Notes under the pieces: generated by a model
Told to the model about the DNA's origin: nothing
Database searches by the model: none
The model's input: the letters and a program-made list of their open reading frames with translations, nothing else
Position numbers and translations under genes: made by a program
Shown: one piece after another, positions 51,043 to 62,135 of the stretch
Layout of the letters: every line of letters begins with the position of its first letter
Numbering within the stretch: position 1 is the stretch's first letter
Source: Andalucia godoyi And28
Taxonomy: Eukaryota; Protista; Jakobida
Length of the DNA: 64,000 bases
Assembly: GCA_009859145.1 (NCBI GenBank)
Contig: VRVR01000034.1
Span: 1 to 64,000 of the forward strand
Direction of reading: 5' to 3'

Positions 51043-53232
51043 TCAGTATTTCCCAATCCAATACGATCGACCGTTCGGGTTGTGAATTGTCGACTGCCGG
51101 GGAGCGTCGATGGCCCATTCGTACCAGACCTTAGTAGCGGACGACCTCCTCCACATGCACACCTTGATTATTGTCCCTTTCGTGACTGGAATCGGAACGC
51201 GCAGTGGGAAAAAGATGGGAAACCAGGAAATCAAGCCTGGTGAGTGGCGCGATGGAAGGATGCCGTAAAAGATTTCCTCGAATAAGCGGCTTTCAAAGAA
51301 TCCGGCCAGCCCATGCATGAGTGCGTCGGAAGTGGCAGTGAACGACAACGTGATCGAACGATCATTGTCTTTGGGATATGCGGAAGTCGGGGAAACCGTC
51401 TGGCCTGTGTCATCCATGCGCATCAGATCCAGAGAAGCCCTTTCATTGTTCACGTCCTCTTCGGACTTTGGAAGCAAGTGCGGGTTAGGATGGATGTAAT
51501 GGAAGCACCGCTTGGGCTCATCAATCAAGAAGAACCGCTTCATCTTCACGACGTACGGCGTTTCCAGAGCCGTAAAAGGACCGCCCGACAGCACAAATGA
51601 CCGACATTCGGACCAGATCTTGTGCGTAGACACGGGGGCCAAGAAGGAGGTAGAGGAGCAAGGGATTGAGATGCCATGCGGCATCTTCAACAGTCGTTGT
51701 GCACCATCCAGACACTCTGGAGACAATTCATTGTCGCCAAACGACCCGAGCAGCTCCGATACCAGAATGTCCGTCGAGTATTTGCTGGGATCGACCAAAC
51801 GCATGTCCGAGTGCACAATCTCCACTTGCCCTTCCCAGTCAAGATCCTCAGCTTCATTTCGCAGCGTAATGATAGCATTCGGATTCTTTTCGACGGCAAT
51901 CACACGGACTTTGCACTTGGCACGTGCAGCCCCAGATAAAGAAGCTCTCACCAAGGGGCCGCGTCCGGCCCCTACCACCATGATTGTCACGCGGTCTTCC
52001 ACAATCTTTCCTCGTTGTGACAGCGAGGGATTCTTTGTAAGCGCCGAGAACACGGCATCCTCATACAGTTTGTACTTGATCGGATCGCGTTCGAACACTT
52101 CGTATGTTGAAGACTCCAAATGGTCCGCAAGCGGTTGCAACGGCGACTGCAGATAATCTGCAAAGGGTGCCTCGAACGATTCCATTTCAGTCATCAATGG
52201 CAGTCCTTTGTGCAAGTGGTCGATGTACTTTCCGTACGAAACCATCGACGAAGCCTGCACGTGGCACGGTTTTCCGGTCAACAAGACGTTGGGTTGGAAA
52301 GGAAGAAACTGCAAGATAATCTGCTGGTGTTTCTTTGCCAAAACCGGAAACCCTTTCTTGTTTGGCAAAAAAATGTGCGACGGAATCACCAGCGTTCGAA
52401 CCGGCTCCGCAAGCCATCGTTCCAGCCGCTTGCTGCACGCCGGAACTTCCGCAGTCAACACGAGTGCAACGGCCAAGTTCGCATTGAAATCACACTCGGT
52501 ACGAATGCGATTCCACATAAGCCATGCCCAATCGACGTCGCCATCATCGGCGATACTTTCCATGCCAAGCTCGCGCTTCAGATCCTCGATCGCGTGGGCG
52601 TGCAGCACCACAGGTATGGGTACGTAAAAGAACATTCCGCTCCGTGATTTCAGAAGGTTTTCAAGAACGATTCGCCCATACGCTGCGATTCCTGCACTTG
52701 GTGTTGGGAGAATGACTGCTTGCAAGTTGAGATGTGCAGCCCACGCTATTTCTGCATTAAGGGTGTCTTCCGCTACCTTGCGAACATTTGCGTCCGCCGA
52801 CGAAAACTGGATCCATTCCGAAGTCCTGCCCAGAATGTACGACGACCAGTCTCGACTCGGCAGCTCCTTGTCCGAGCGCGTCATAGGCTGCGTCGATCTC
52901 CGCCACTCGTCTGCAAAATGACGATTTCGCGGATGAGAAATAGGAATCGCTATGAAATCAAACGACGAGTCAATCGCAGAATCCAAAACCGTTCCAAGAT
53001 GAGAAACGCTCGGAACATCCAACCCCACAAACGGCGTCGGATGCGCTGTCCCACCCCCACTCGCAGTCGCAACAGCAGCAGAACCACTAGTACCATCCTC
53101 GACGTCCTCGTCGTGAGAACGGGCGACTACCTTGGGTGATTTTCCTTTTGTTGTCTGCAAAGAAGGCGATTCGCCCTTCGCCTGACCACTACTGCCACCA
53201 CCACTCGACTCTTTCTTTCGCCCCTTGTTCAT
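51043..53232 (-). CDS. PRMT5: Protein arginine N-methyltransferase 5
   Basis: DYLQSPLQPLADHLESSTYEVFERDPIKY, VVGAGRGPLV, SELLGSFGDNELSPECL, HSPGLISWFPIFFP, IHNPNGRSY. Confidence 0.96.
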   Translation of the reverse strand: MNKGRKKESSGGGSSGQAKGESPSLQTTKGKSPKVVARSHDEDVEDGTSGSAAVATASGGGTAHPTPFVGLDVPSVSHLGTVLDSAIDSSFDFIAIPISHPRNRHFADEWRRSTQPMTRSDKELPSRDWSSYILGRTSEWIQFSSADANVRKVAEDTLNAEIAWAAHLNLQAVILPTPSAGIAAYGRIVLENLLKSRSGMFFYVPIPVVLHAHAIEDLKRELGMESIADDGDVDWAWLMWNRIRTECDFNANLAVALVLTAEVPACSKRLERWLAEPVRTLVIPSHIFLPNKKGFPVLAKKHQQIILQFLPFQPNVLLTGKPCHVQASSMVSYGKYIDHLHKGLPLMTEMESFEAPFADYLQSPLQPLADHLESSTYEVFERDPIKYKLYEDAVFSALTKNPSLSQRGKIVEDRVTIMVVGAGRGPLVRASLSGAARAKCKVRVIAVEKNPNAIITLRNEAEDLDWEGQVEIVHSDMRLVDPSKYSTDILVSELLGSFGDNELSPECLDGAQRLLKMPHGISIPCSSTSFLAPVSTHKIWSECRSFVLSGGPFTALETPYVVKMKRFFLIDEPKRCFHYIHPNPHLLPKSEEDVNNERASLDLMRMDDTGQTVSPTSAYPKDNDRSITLSFTATSDALMHGLAGFFESRLFEEIFYGILPSRHSPGLISWFPIFFPLRVPIPVTKGTIIKVCMWRRSSATKVWYEWAIDAPRQSTIHNPNGRSYWIGKY

Positions 53233-53686
53233 GCTTTCTCCACCTGCTCCTAACCTCTCTTTTTTTATTAATTCTCGTGCGCGATAACTACTGCGTATCT
53301 AATGCGATTTTCATCACAAACGAAAGCTTTTTTCTTGTAAGAGCTCTTTGATGAAAAAGCGTCCTCTTCTGTTTGGTTGCACTTGCGCGATTTCTGTGTG
53401 TGCAGTCTGCATGAGTGTTAAAAAGCGGTCCGTTTTTATTTTTACTTTACAGGAGGTGAAAGACGATCAGACGACAACGGGAAAGACGCCGAGGGGAGGG
53501 AGGAAGAAGAAGAAGAAGAAGAAGAAGAAGAAGAAGAAGAAGAAGAAGAAGAAGAAGAAGAGCGCTAGGATTTACAAAAGTCGCAAAAAAACAAAGTAGA
53601 ATGGAGGTTGCTGCAAACCCCTGCGATCCAGTTTCTTCTAGGAGAGCAATGAGAGGAAAAGAGAGGAAAGGGACGGCAGGGAGTCC

Positions 53687-54632
53687 CTAGTTTTTGAGCA
53701 AGTATGCTTTTGCTTGTTCCGCCATGAAGAAGAATGTTCCGTTCGCAGGAATAGCACGGGCCATGCAGACGGAGTAGCCTCTGTAGAATCTCTTGATTCC
53801 ACCGTCCTTCCAGAGTTTCTTTGCAGCGTCCATCCATCCCGAGTACTTTCTTTTGGTGGGATCCAAGGAGTCGCCATGGATGCATCCTCGAATGGCATCC
53901 AAGGGGTATGTGAACATCCAATATGACACTCCTCCAATTGAGCCAGCAGCAAATGCATTCATATGATACTTTTCCCTCAGAACATGGAACGTTCCGAGAT
54001 AGCACGCATTGGAGGGAATGTTCCGCACAATGTTTGCGCTGAGTCCATGTGTAAACACTTTGGATACCCCGTGCTGCGATACAATCTCCCTGAGTACCGT
54101 AACGACGCTTGTCTTGGGCCGCGTTTGGCACTGATTCGCAAGCAAAAGCATCGGCGACTCCACAAACGCAGCCAGAAATCCAGTCATTCCTCCTGCTGCA
54201 TACGGCGAGTCCTTCGGAACAACATTCCGAGAAAGATGAAATGCAACATACAACCAACCGCGGAACACCATCGACAGCGCAAGTGGAGACGCTACGCCTG
54301 CATAGAACCCCGGAAGACCCTCGTTCTTAAACGTCCCCTTGATGAACGATCGAACATCAGGGTACATGCGGACCTGAAGACGAGTCTTTGCCACCTAATT
54401 TGCCATTCTCATCGGAGCCACCGCCACAAAGCAAAAGTATAGTACAGTAAACAAAACAGAAAAAAAGCATTAGATCCATTGTCGCAGTTACACCAGCACG
54501 CACGCAAGACAGGATGTATAGATGGGAAAACGCACATACCTCAAAGGGATGACCGACGAGACAAAGACCGATTCCGCCATACAGACCCGCCGCCGCATGA
54601 ATTCCAATCGATTTAGCGTCTAGTCCAGACAT
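53687..54632 (-). CDS. Mitochondrial carrier family (SLC25) protein; exons 54632-54540 and 54394-53687
   Basis: Three carrier repeats: HPFE|VAKTRLQ (joined across GTATGT..TAG intron 54539-54395), SPMLLLANQCQ, YPLDAIRGCI; GFYAGV and RFYRGY motifs. Confidence 0.9.
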
Positions 54633-54835
54633 TTCTACAAGCAGCAAACAAGATCAATACTTTCAACCCCTTTTTTTTCTTTTTTCTGTTTTTCTTTATT
54701 TGTATAAAAAAGAATTCCACACAAGGGGATCACTAGGCAGTTCGGACTTTTGGGAATTGGGGAATGCCCTCCTCTCTCCGGTGCGTCGTGCAAGCGGTTT
54801 TCGCAAAACAAAACAAAAACTGTAGTTAGACGGTG

Positions 54836-55165
54836 ATCAACGTTGAACATCAAAACAATACGATTTTTTTCTTACCGTGGTCAAGTCTAGAATTCTGCAT
54901 TATTTTTTACTTCCTTTCATTCTATTATTTTTCTGCTTGTGTTTTTAACAAAAGAAAAAAAAAAAAAAGACCTTCTCGTGGATCCAAAGAGGGCATACTC
55001 AAAACCAGCCATGCCCGAAGATGCCGAGATCCAAAAAACTCGTGGTTGCGATGACCCTTTGATGCAGAGCAATCTGCATTGAAGAGCTGGTGCTCTTCCC
55101 AAATTGAATCTGTCTTCGGTGACACCTTAGCCCGATGATCAATCGTGATTCATGTTTCGGCGACC
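54836..55165 (+). repeat. Dispersed repeat family copy C (most complete)
   Basis: Contains all blocks shared with copies A and B. Confidence 0.85.
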
Positions 55166-55386
55166 GGGTGATATTGCTTGAGCTGCGAGCAAAGGGGTGC
55201 CGACTTTTCATTCTTTTTATAAATTGTTTTATTTTTTACAGCAGAAAGTTAGCACTGATCTTAAAATAAAACTGGCGCGAACGTTTTCTATATTTGGCAT
55301 GTTCCCCCGACGCTCGATTTCAAGAGAGGGATTAAAATAACCTGCGCAAACGTGGTGGGGTGTATATATGTATGTATATATATGTA

Positions 55387-55487
55387 CTGATTCTGATTCT
55401 GATTCTGATTCTGATTCTGATTCTGATTCTGATTCTGATTCTGATTCTGATTCTGATTCTGATTCTGATTCTGATTCTGATTCTGAT
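55387..55487. repeat. (CTGATT)16 hexamer tandem repeat
   Basis: Perfect 6-nt units upstream of the CBS gene. Confidence 0.97.
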
Positions 55488-55573
55488 CATTGTCAGTTCA
55501 TTCTCGAAAGCACTCGTGAAAGCAGCTGCCGTTTTCCAGTTTCCTGAAACATCGACGACGTATTTCCTGAAGA

Positions 55574-56503
55574 ATGACAAACGTTCTCCGTGACCTGTAC
55601 AAAAACACCAAGCTCATGAAGCTCGTGGCGGGCCAGGTTCCCGTATCGGTATCTTCGACCTCGACGATTGACGAGGCACTTCACCTGATGGCCCAACACC
55701 ATGTGTCGTGCTTGCCCGTGGTTGGCACCGACGGCTCGATCTCCGGCCAGATCGACTCTTTGGACATTGTTTCGTACATCTCGAACGTCATCCCTGACGA
55801 CAAGGACTTCCAGGCGCATGCAGTTCTGTCTCTCCAGATTGCCGGCAGGGCGATCTCGCTCGTGACGGTTGGCGAAGTGGCCAATGCGTCTGGCCGCGAT
55901 CCGTACATCCCGACCTCCATGGATGCTCATGCTGATCATTTGATCTCGTACTTTGCCGAGGGCCTCCACCGCGCCATGGTGTTCGACCATGCCAACAAGC
56001 TCGCTGGAGTTGTTTCGCAAATGACGCTCGCTGCTGAACTCGCAAATGCGCTGCCGCACATGGGGTCGCTGAAGAACATTGCGCATCGCAAGCTCCATGA
56101 TCTCTATCTCGATGAAAACGGTCCGGTCACAACACTGGTTGCGTCAACACGTGTTTTCGAGGCAATTCGCTTTATGAGCAAAACAGCCCTCTCTGCAATC
56201 GCCATTGTGGATGAACAGACGGGAAAACTGATCGGCAACTTTTCTGCAGTGGATATCGAGGGACTCTACAAGGACTCGTACCCGAAGTTGACCCAGACCC
56301 TTCGCGAATTCCTCAGCGAGCACTCCCAGGCTTCGATGAACCCCATCACGGTCACAAAGGATGCAGAGCTCGTCACGGCCGTCAAATCCATGGTCGACAA
56401 CAAGGTCCACAGGCTCTGGATTGTCGATGCCAACGCCAAACCTGTCGCTGTATTCAGTCTGACTGACCTTTTCCGATTGGCCCAACTTCCAGAACTGCTC
56501 TAA
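55574..56503 (+). CDS. CBS-domain protein (four CBS repeats; AMPK-gamma/Sds23-like)
   Basis: ALHLMAQHHVSCLPVV, SAIAIVDEQTGKLIGNFSAVD, MVDNKVHRLWIVD..VFSLTDL. Confidence 0.85.
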   Translation: MTNVLRDLYKNTKLMKLVAGQVPVSVSSTSTIDEALHLMAQHHVSCLPVVGTDGSISGQIDSLDIVSYISNVIPDDKDFQAHAVLSLQIAGRAISLVTVGEVANASGRDPYIPTSMDAHADHLISYFAEGLHRAMVFDHANKLAGVVSQMTLAAELANALPHMGSLKNIAHRKLHDLYLDENGPVTTLVASTRVFEAIRFMSKTALSAIAIVDEQTGKLIGNFSAVDIEGLYKDSYPKLTQTLREFLSEHSQASMNPITVTKDAELVTAVKSMVDNKVHRLWIVDANAKPVAVFSLTDLFRLAQLPELL

Positions 56504-56932
56504 CCACAGTCTCTTTATGTCTGATTGGTCGTTGTTACCGTTGGTGTTGGTGTTTGCTTGTCTGTTGGTTGGTTGGTTGGGTGATTGGTTGGTTTGTATA
56601 CGAAAGAGTAGACGCTGCTATAAAAACTGAAAATCTGTTGGCTCAGACGAGACACTGCATCCAAGTTCTGTAAATTGACGAATACTCTTTTTTTTCTTTT
56701 CTGTTTTCTTTGCAGTCCTCTTTTTCCGTTCTCTTTTTCAGTTTTGGGTTCTTCGGTTTTCTCGAATTCGGCTTTTCACTCGTCGATTTGTTACCTTTGC
56801 TTTTTTCGTTTTGTCGTAATCCTCCTCTTTCTTCACTTCGTTTTCAGCGTCAGAGGCAACCCACACTCCAGACGAATCGACCGATAGAATTGGACCCATA
56901 CACTCGATTGACCGTGGGAGAAAACAAAAGAA

Positions 56933-59900
56933 ATGAGTGTTTCGCAAGAGGACTTTTTCCGAGTTCAGACTGAAAATCTGAATCTCAAACAGCAGAAATA
57001 CGAACTGGATTCACAGGTCAAGAAACTCGCGGGAGAATGCGACCATCTAAAGAAGCAGATGGTGGAGCGTGATAAGGTGATCGCGAAACACGAAATTGTA
57101 ATATCCAAGAGCAAGGAAAAGCGAGAATTCCAAGTTTTGATGGACGAAAATAACAGACTGAAACGCGAAATGGATAATTCTCAGGATGAGCGATCGGAGC
57201 AAACTCGAGCGTTGACTGGACAAATTCGTGCTCTATACGAAGAGAATCAAAAGCTTCGTGAAGATCAGCAGAAACAGGCGAAATCTGCAGTTGCAGTCTC
57301 AGTCGCAACCCCCGTCGCAGCCCCTGTTCCTGTTGCTGTTGCTGCTGGTTCGGTACAGTCGCAGTCGCAGTCGCAGTCGCACTCTGGAGCAGATGGAAAA
57401 GTTGTCGAGGATCTGAAAACAAAGATTGCAGCCTATGAACATCAGGTACTGGAGATGCGTTCGCAAATGATGAGCTTGCAGTCGCAGCTCAAGTCTTTCC
57501 AAGAAGAGACAACAAAGAAAACATCGGAGCTGGAGTCGGAAAGACTGCGTTCGCGCGAGCTGCAGGAAAAGGTTTCAAGGTACGCCGAGGAACTGAAGAA
57601 GGTTCAAGAAGAAAAGTCGTCGATTCACCGCACTTCGTCGGATTTCTCCAAAAAACTTGAGGACGAGCAGGCCAAGAATCGCCAGGATCTGATCCGAATC
57701 ACGCGCGAGAAGAACAAGGTGATCAAGGAACTGGAAGAATCCGTTTCGGCACTCCAAGCAGAAAAGTCCTCGCTGACTCTCGAAAAGCAAGAGTTGCAAC
57801 GCGAGTCGGAGAAGTTCACAAAATTAAAGGCCGATTATGACGAACTGGACAGACAATATCGCAAGTTCGTGGACGATGTTCAGCAAAAGCAGCGGTCAAT
57901 CTCGGGTTCGCAGAGTTCGCACAACATTGCTGCGAAACCCGTCGCAAATTCTGCACCACCGCCCCTGTCTGTAGAGGATGATCCATTCGGATTCTACGGC
58001 ACTGATGTTCCAGATGTGGCGAATGCCTCGCTTCCATCAGACGATCCATTCGGAGACGCTCCATCACCAGCGTCTGCTTCGGCATCCACGGCGGAGGCAG
58101 CAGCAGTCGATGACGGAATGTCTGCGCTACTGCAAGCCGAAATCGATCGCATGCGCGCGAAGATTGACGATTTGGAAAGCCAAGTTGCTTCGATGCAGGA
58201 AAAGGAAAACGACCTCCTGCGAAAGGTGAACGAGGCAACGCTGGCTGCCGGATCTGCGTCATCGTTGGCCAATCACCGCAATGCGCAAATTGTCACGCTC
58301 GAGGAAGAGAACAGATCCCTCGAGTCTCAGATTGGATCCCTTCGTGCCGAGTCTCAAGAGCGTCTGCAAGCGAGTTCGAAACTCTCTGACGAGCTTGCAA
58401 CGGCGCATCGTACTGTTCTTGAATCGGAGGCTTCCCTGGCTGCAGCACAAGAAAGAGTGGTTGCAGTGGAATCAACTGCCCAGCAATCTGTGAAGAAAGC
58501 AAATGATCGAATTCAGGAACTGGAAGGCGAGCATGCAAAGCTGCAGGCCTCCGTCGATGATTTACGTGCAAAGCTTCTGAAGGCGGAAAAGGAGCATGCT
58601 GAAATGGCTGCCGATAACACGAAACTTCGTGATGCTGTCGCCGAGTTGGAGCGAAAGTCCGAAGAGGATCGTTTGCTTGCGAATCAGCGGTCAGAAAAGA
58701 GAACGAAGAAAATCATTGAGCTCGAGGAAAAGACAAGGATCTATGAGGATCAGTTGGAAAAGGTTGCAAAAGAGAATGAGAATCTTACTCAGGAATTAAA
58801 CATGCGACACGAAACGATTGCGGGACTGGAGCGAGAGATCAGCTCGTCGTCGACCAAGTTGTCGAAGTCGGAAGCGCAAGTGGCAGATTTGTTCAGCGAG
58901 CTTAGTGAATCCAAGGTTTCTTTGCAAAAAATTGAAGGAGAGGTCGCTTCGCTGCGAAGAAAAGTGCTGGATCAGGAATCGCTGGTGAGATCCAAGGAAG
59001 CGGAGGTGCACCGTGCGCACGAGGAAATTGCTGCCCAGAAGCGCAAAGTGGCAGACCATGAGGGAGCTGTGCACCGCAAGGATGCGGAGCTTTCCAAAGT
59101 CAATGAAGAACTCAAGCAGTCTATGTCGTCAATTCGAGAATTGCATTCCCAGATTGCAGAGAAGGATGCCGATATGCAAAAACTGATGAATGAGGTCTCT
59201 GAGTTGACCGTTGATCTGAATGCAGCCCGCAAGGAATGCCTTGTTTATAAGGACGAAATTGCAAGCAACCAGTCCATGATTATGGAGCTGACTGGAGAAT
59301 TGTCCAGGGTGAAAACCGAGTTTGCGGAAGAAAGTGAAGAATGGAAGGGTGAAAAGGCAACATTGGAAGAGGAGATCGCTACTGTCTCCAGTGATCTGCG
59401 ACATTTACGAAAAACCCTGGAATCAGAAGAGAAGCGGTTCGCCGAGGACGAGGCGAAACTACGAGCAGAAGTTGCGCATAGAAGAGAAAATGAAAATCGT
59501 CTTGGTATGCAGTTGGCTGACGAAGAAGCAATGCATATGGAAACGAGACGTACTCTGGAGGCTCATGCTGCAGAGCTGACTAGGAAACACGAAAAGCAGG
59601 CCTTGCACTGGGCAGCAAAGGAAGCCGATATTTTGGGGCAGCTGGATGCAAAGACGATTTCGTTTGACGAGCTTCATGAGTTGCACGAGTCTCATGCAGA
59701 GGAGTGGAAGGTCGCCAAGTCGCAGCTTGAAGCTGCCATCTCAGACCTGACGTCTCGCCTGCAGTCCCTTCATGGACAGTTTGATGTGCTGACGAATGCT
59801 CATGCTGCTCTGACTGTCGTTTCTAATGGGCAAGCCGTTGAGATTGCCCGTCTCAATGGAGTTGTGGCGTCTCTTGAAAAAGAGATCGCTGAATGCAAGC

Positions 59901-60682
59901 AACAAATTTGCGATCTTGAGCAACTTGTGAAAGAGCTCGAGTCTCGCATTGATGAAACGGAGATCTCGCATATTTCGCTGTTCTCGAAAGCTGCAGTACA
60001 CGTCTCTGCTTTCCAGCTGGAGATCGAAAACTCGGCGGGTTTGGCCTCTGAATTGGACTCGGTTCGTCAGGAACTTGAGAACGCCGTGAATGATCGTGGC
60101 GATATGGAAAGCAAATTGCGGCTGCAAGAAAAGAAGTACATGAACGTGGTGAAGGACCTCAAGTCTCAGCTGCAGCATTCTGCTCGACGATCGATGGACA
60201 TGAGCGCAGACTCTGCTCCTGGTTCTCCCTCCACCCCTGGTACTCCACGCGGAGGGACGCCAAGTTCGTCGTCCTCTGGCATTGCTGCAATGGCGACAAA
60301 GTCCGATCCAAAGTCTCTGGAACACAAGCTCAAGCAATTGAATCATCAAATTTCCGAACTCAAAGCAGACAATGAGCGAAAAGAGGAAATTATCTCCAAG
60401 CACATTCTCAAGACTGGCGAAGAGTTGCCAAAGGCTCCTGCTCCCCACAAGAGTCCTCTCGGGAACGTACTGTCGTTCATGCATCGCAGCAAGCCGCAGA
60501 CCAAGGAGAAGGAGATCCAACAAAAAGCCATGTCCGCTCTTGAAGAAACCCTGTTGCGAAACATGCATCTCGAATCCGATGTGAAGATCCTTGGAGATGA
60601 GATTGAGCGATTGATGAAGGAGAATGAAGATTTCAAACGCCAAATTTCTCGTCTTGCAAGAACGTCGGCGCAAAAGACGTAA
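56933..60682 (+). CDS. Long coiled-coil protein with GRIPAP1/GRASP-1-like termini
   Basis: N-terminus SQEDFFRVQTENLNLKQQKYEL..SKSKEKREFQVLMDENNRL and C-terminus LEETLLRNMHLESDVKILGDEIERL resemble GRIPAP1 ends as recalled; heptad pattern throughout. Confidence 0.7.
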   Translation: MSVSQEDFFRVQTENLNLKQQKYELDSQVKKLAGECDHLKKQMVERDKVIAKHEIVISKSKEKREFQVLMDENNRLKREMDNSQDERSEQTRALTGQIRALYEENQKLREDQQKQAKSAVAVSVATPVAAPVPVAVAAGSVQSQSQSQSHSGADGKVVEDLKTKIAAYEHQVLEMRSQMMSLQSQLKSFQEETTKKTSELESERLRSRELQEKVSRYAEELKKVQEEKSSIHRTSSDFSKKLEDEQAKNRQDLIRITREKNKVIKELEESVSALQAEKSSLTLEKQELQRESEKFTKLKADYDELDRQYRKFVDDVQQKQRSISGSQSSHNIAAKPVANSAPPPLSVEDDPFGFYGTDVPDVANASLPSDDPFGDAPSPASASASTAEAAAVDDGMSALLQAEIDRMRAKIDDLESQVASMQEKENDLLRKVNEATLAAGSASSLANHRNAQIVTLEEENRSLESQIGSLRAESQERLQASSKLSDELATAHRTVLESEASLAAAQERVVAVESTAQQSVKKANDRIQELEGEHAKLQASVDDLRAKLLKAEKEHAEMAADNTKLRDAVAELERKSEEDRLLANQRSEKRTKKIIELEEKTRIYEDQLEKVAKENENLTQELNMRHETIAGLEREISSSSTKLSKSEAQVADLFSELSESKVSLQKIEGEVASLRRKVLDQESLVRSKEAEVHRAHEEIAAQKRKVADHEGAVHRKDAELSKVNEELKQSMSSIRELHSQIAEKDADMQKLMNEVSELTVDLNAARKECLVYKDEIASNQSMIMELTGELSRVKTEFAEESEEWKGEKATLEEEIATVSSDLRHLRKTLESEEKRFAEDEAKLRAEVAHRRENENRLGMQLADEEAMHMETRRTLEAHAAELTRKHEKQALHWAAKEADILGQLDAKTISFDELHELHESHAEEWKVAKSQLEAAISDLTSRLQSLHGQFDVLTNAHAALTVVSNGQAVEIARLNGVVASLEKEIAECKQQICDLEQLVKELESRIDETEISHISLFSKAAVHVSAFQLEIENSAGLASELDSVRQELENAVNDRGDMESKLRLQEKKYMNVVKDLKSQLQHSARRSMDMSADSAPGSPSTPGTPRGGTPSSSSSGIAAMATKSDPKSLEHKLKQLNHQISELKADNERKEEIISKHILKTGEELPKAPAPHKSPLGNVLSFMHRSKPQTKEKEIQQKAMSALEETLLRNMHLESDVKILGDEIERLMKENEDFKRQISRLARTSAQKT

Positions 60683-60948
60683 GGCACTTTCGTCAATGAA
60701 GACGGCATCTTTTGTGGACTGGAGTGTATATCATATCATTTATCATTATTATTATTATTATTGTTGTTGTTGTTTGTTTGTTTGTTATTATTGTTGATTT
60801 GCTTGGGGTATGTGGGTATGTTGGTTTTCGCTCATGGGATCCTTCTCTTTCCATGTCCATTTTGCGCATTTTTTGCGAGGTAGAGCAAGCAGCTGTGTGC
60901 TTGTTGATACTTCGCAGATAGCAGACGTGCTGGGATGATAATTTATTC

Positions 60949-61872
60949 TCACGTAAAATGCAGATTGTTCTTGTTGAAAATGGCCAGAATGTACATGAAA
61001 TCATCTTGATCCATCTTCGATGATCTCTTCTCGGCGAAACCGTGCTCTTCCAACAAGCCAATCACCTTGGTCTTCATGTCCAGTTCCTCGCTGGATGCCG
61101 AGCAGGGAGTGCTGCTTGCAGCACAAAAGGTTCGGTAATTCGTCTCCAGCATTTCAATCACCTCTTTCGACTTGAAAATCGCAGCAAGTGTCTTGTTTTT
61201 TCTCGAGAAGCAGAGTCTGACGAGACCGTCCCATTCAATGAAATTCACCGGGGGCGCAGGGCTGTACGGCTCCAGCTTGACAACCGACGAGTCGACCTTT
61301 GGTGGTGGTCGGAAGTTTGCTTTTGAGATCTTCATGACGTGCGAACATCTTGCCAGTAATTGCGAGTTCACCGCAAGTCGGCAATACAGTGGATCATTTG
61401 GTTTTGCGACAATTCTCATCGCAAACTCGTGCTGGAACATCAGCACTGCCGATCGGAAAGTCGGTCGATGCGACAGCAGTTTGAACGTAATTGCCGATGA
61501 AATCTGGTACGGGATGTTCGCAACACATACATCAAAGTACGGGAAGTCGCACTTCAGGACATCCGAATGAATGATCTCGAGTTTCGTGTACAAATGCGGA
61601 ATCGCCTGAATACGCTTTGTGAGCTCCACAACCATTCGCGGATCAACTTCGACGACAACCACCTTTTTTGCAGCTTCCAGCAACTTCACCGTGAGATTTC
61701 CCGTTCCCGGTCCAATTTCAAGAACCGTATCCGTTGGCATGATGTCCGCCTTTTGCACAATCGTCGTTACAATCGCCGGATTCTTCAGTAGATGCTGTCC
61801 AAGTGATTTGTCCATGGAAAACGCCGCCGCCTCTGACTTGTTCGGCTTCGACCGCTCTCGACGCGCCGCCAT
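60949..61872 (-). CDS. DIM1: 18S rRNA dimethyladenosine transferase
   Basis: GQHLLKNP, VLEIGPGTGNLT, CVANIPYQISS, MFQHEFAMR, FRPPPKVDSSVV, EWDGLVRLCFSRKNKTL. Confidence 0.96.
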   Translation of the reverse strand: MAARRERSKPNKSEAAAFSMDKSLGQHLLKNPAIVTTIVQKADIMPTDTVLEIGPGTGNLTVKLLEAAKKVVVVEVDPRMVVELTKRIQAIPHLYTKLEIIHSDVLKCDFPYFDVCVANIPYQISSAITFKLLSHRPTFRSAVLMFQHEFAMRIVAKPNDPLYCRLAVNSQLLARCSHVMKISKANFRPPPKVDSSVVKLEPYSPAPPVNFIEWDGLVRLCFSRKNKTLAAIFKSKEVIEMLETNYRTFCAASSTPCSASSEELDMKTKVIGLLEEHGFAEKRSSKMDQDDFMYILAIFNKNNLHFT

Positions 61873-62135
61873 TTATTCTTCAATCAGCCACTACTACTAC
61901 TACTACTTATTATTATTATTATTATTATTATTATGTATTTGCGCGTATTTCTGTGCAACGAAAACGGAAATCTAATGTGGGCGTGACGAAAAGCCAACGG
62001 AGGGAAAGGACAGTTTCGCTCTTTTCAACGCCAGAATCGGAAAAGGAGCGGAGCCCGGCTGCCGGCTGTAGAAGAGAGTCTCTCCACGAGCTTACAGTCC
62101 GCACGTCTGTTTCATCTTTTCCTGTCTGCACGCAT

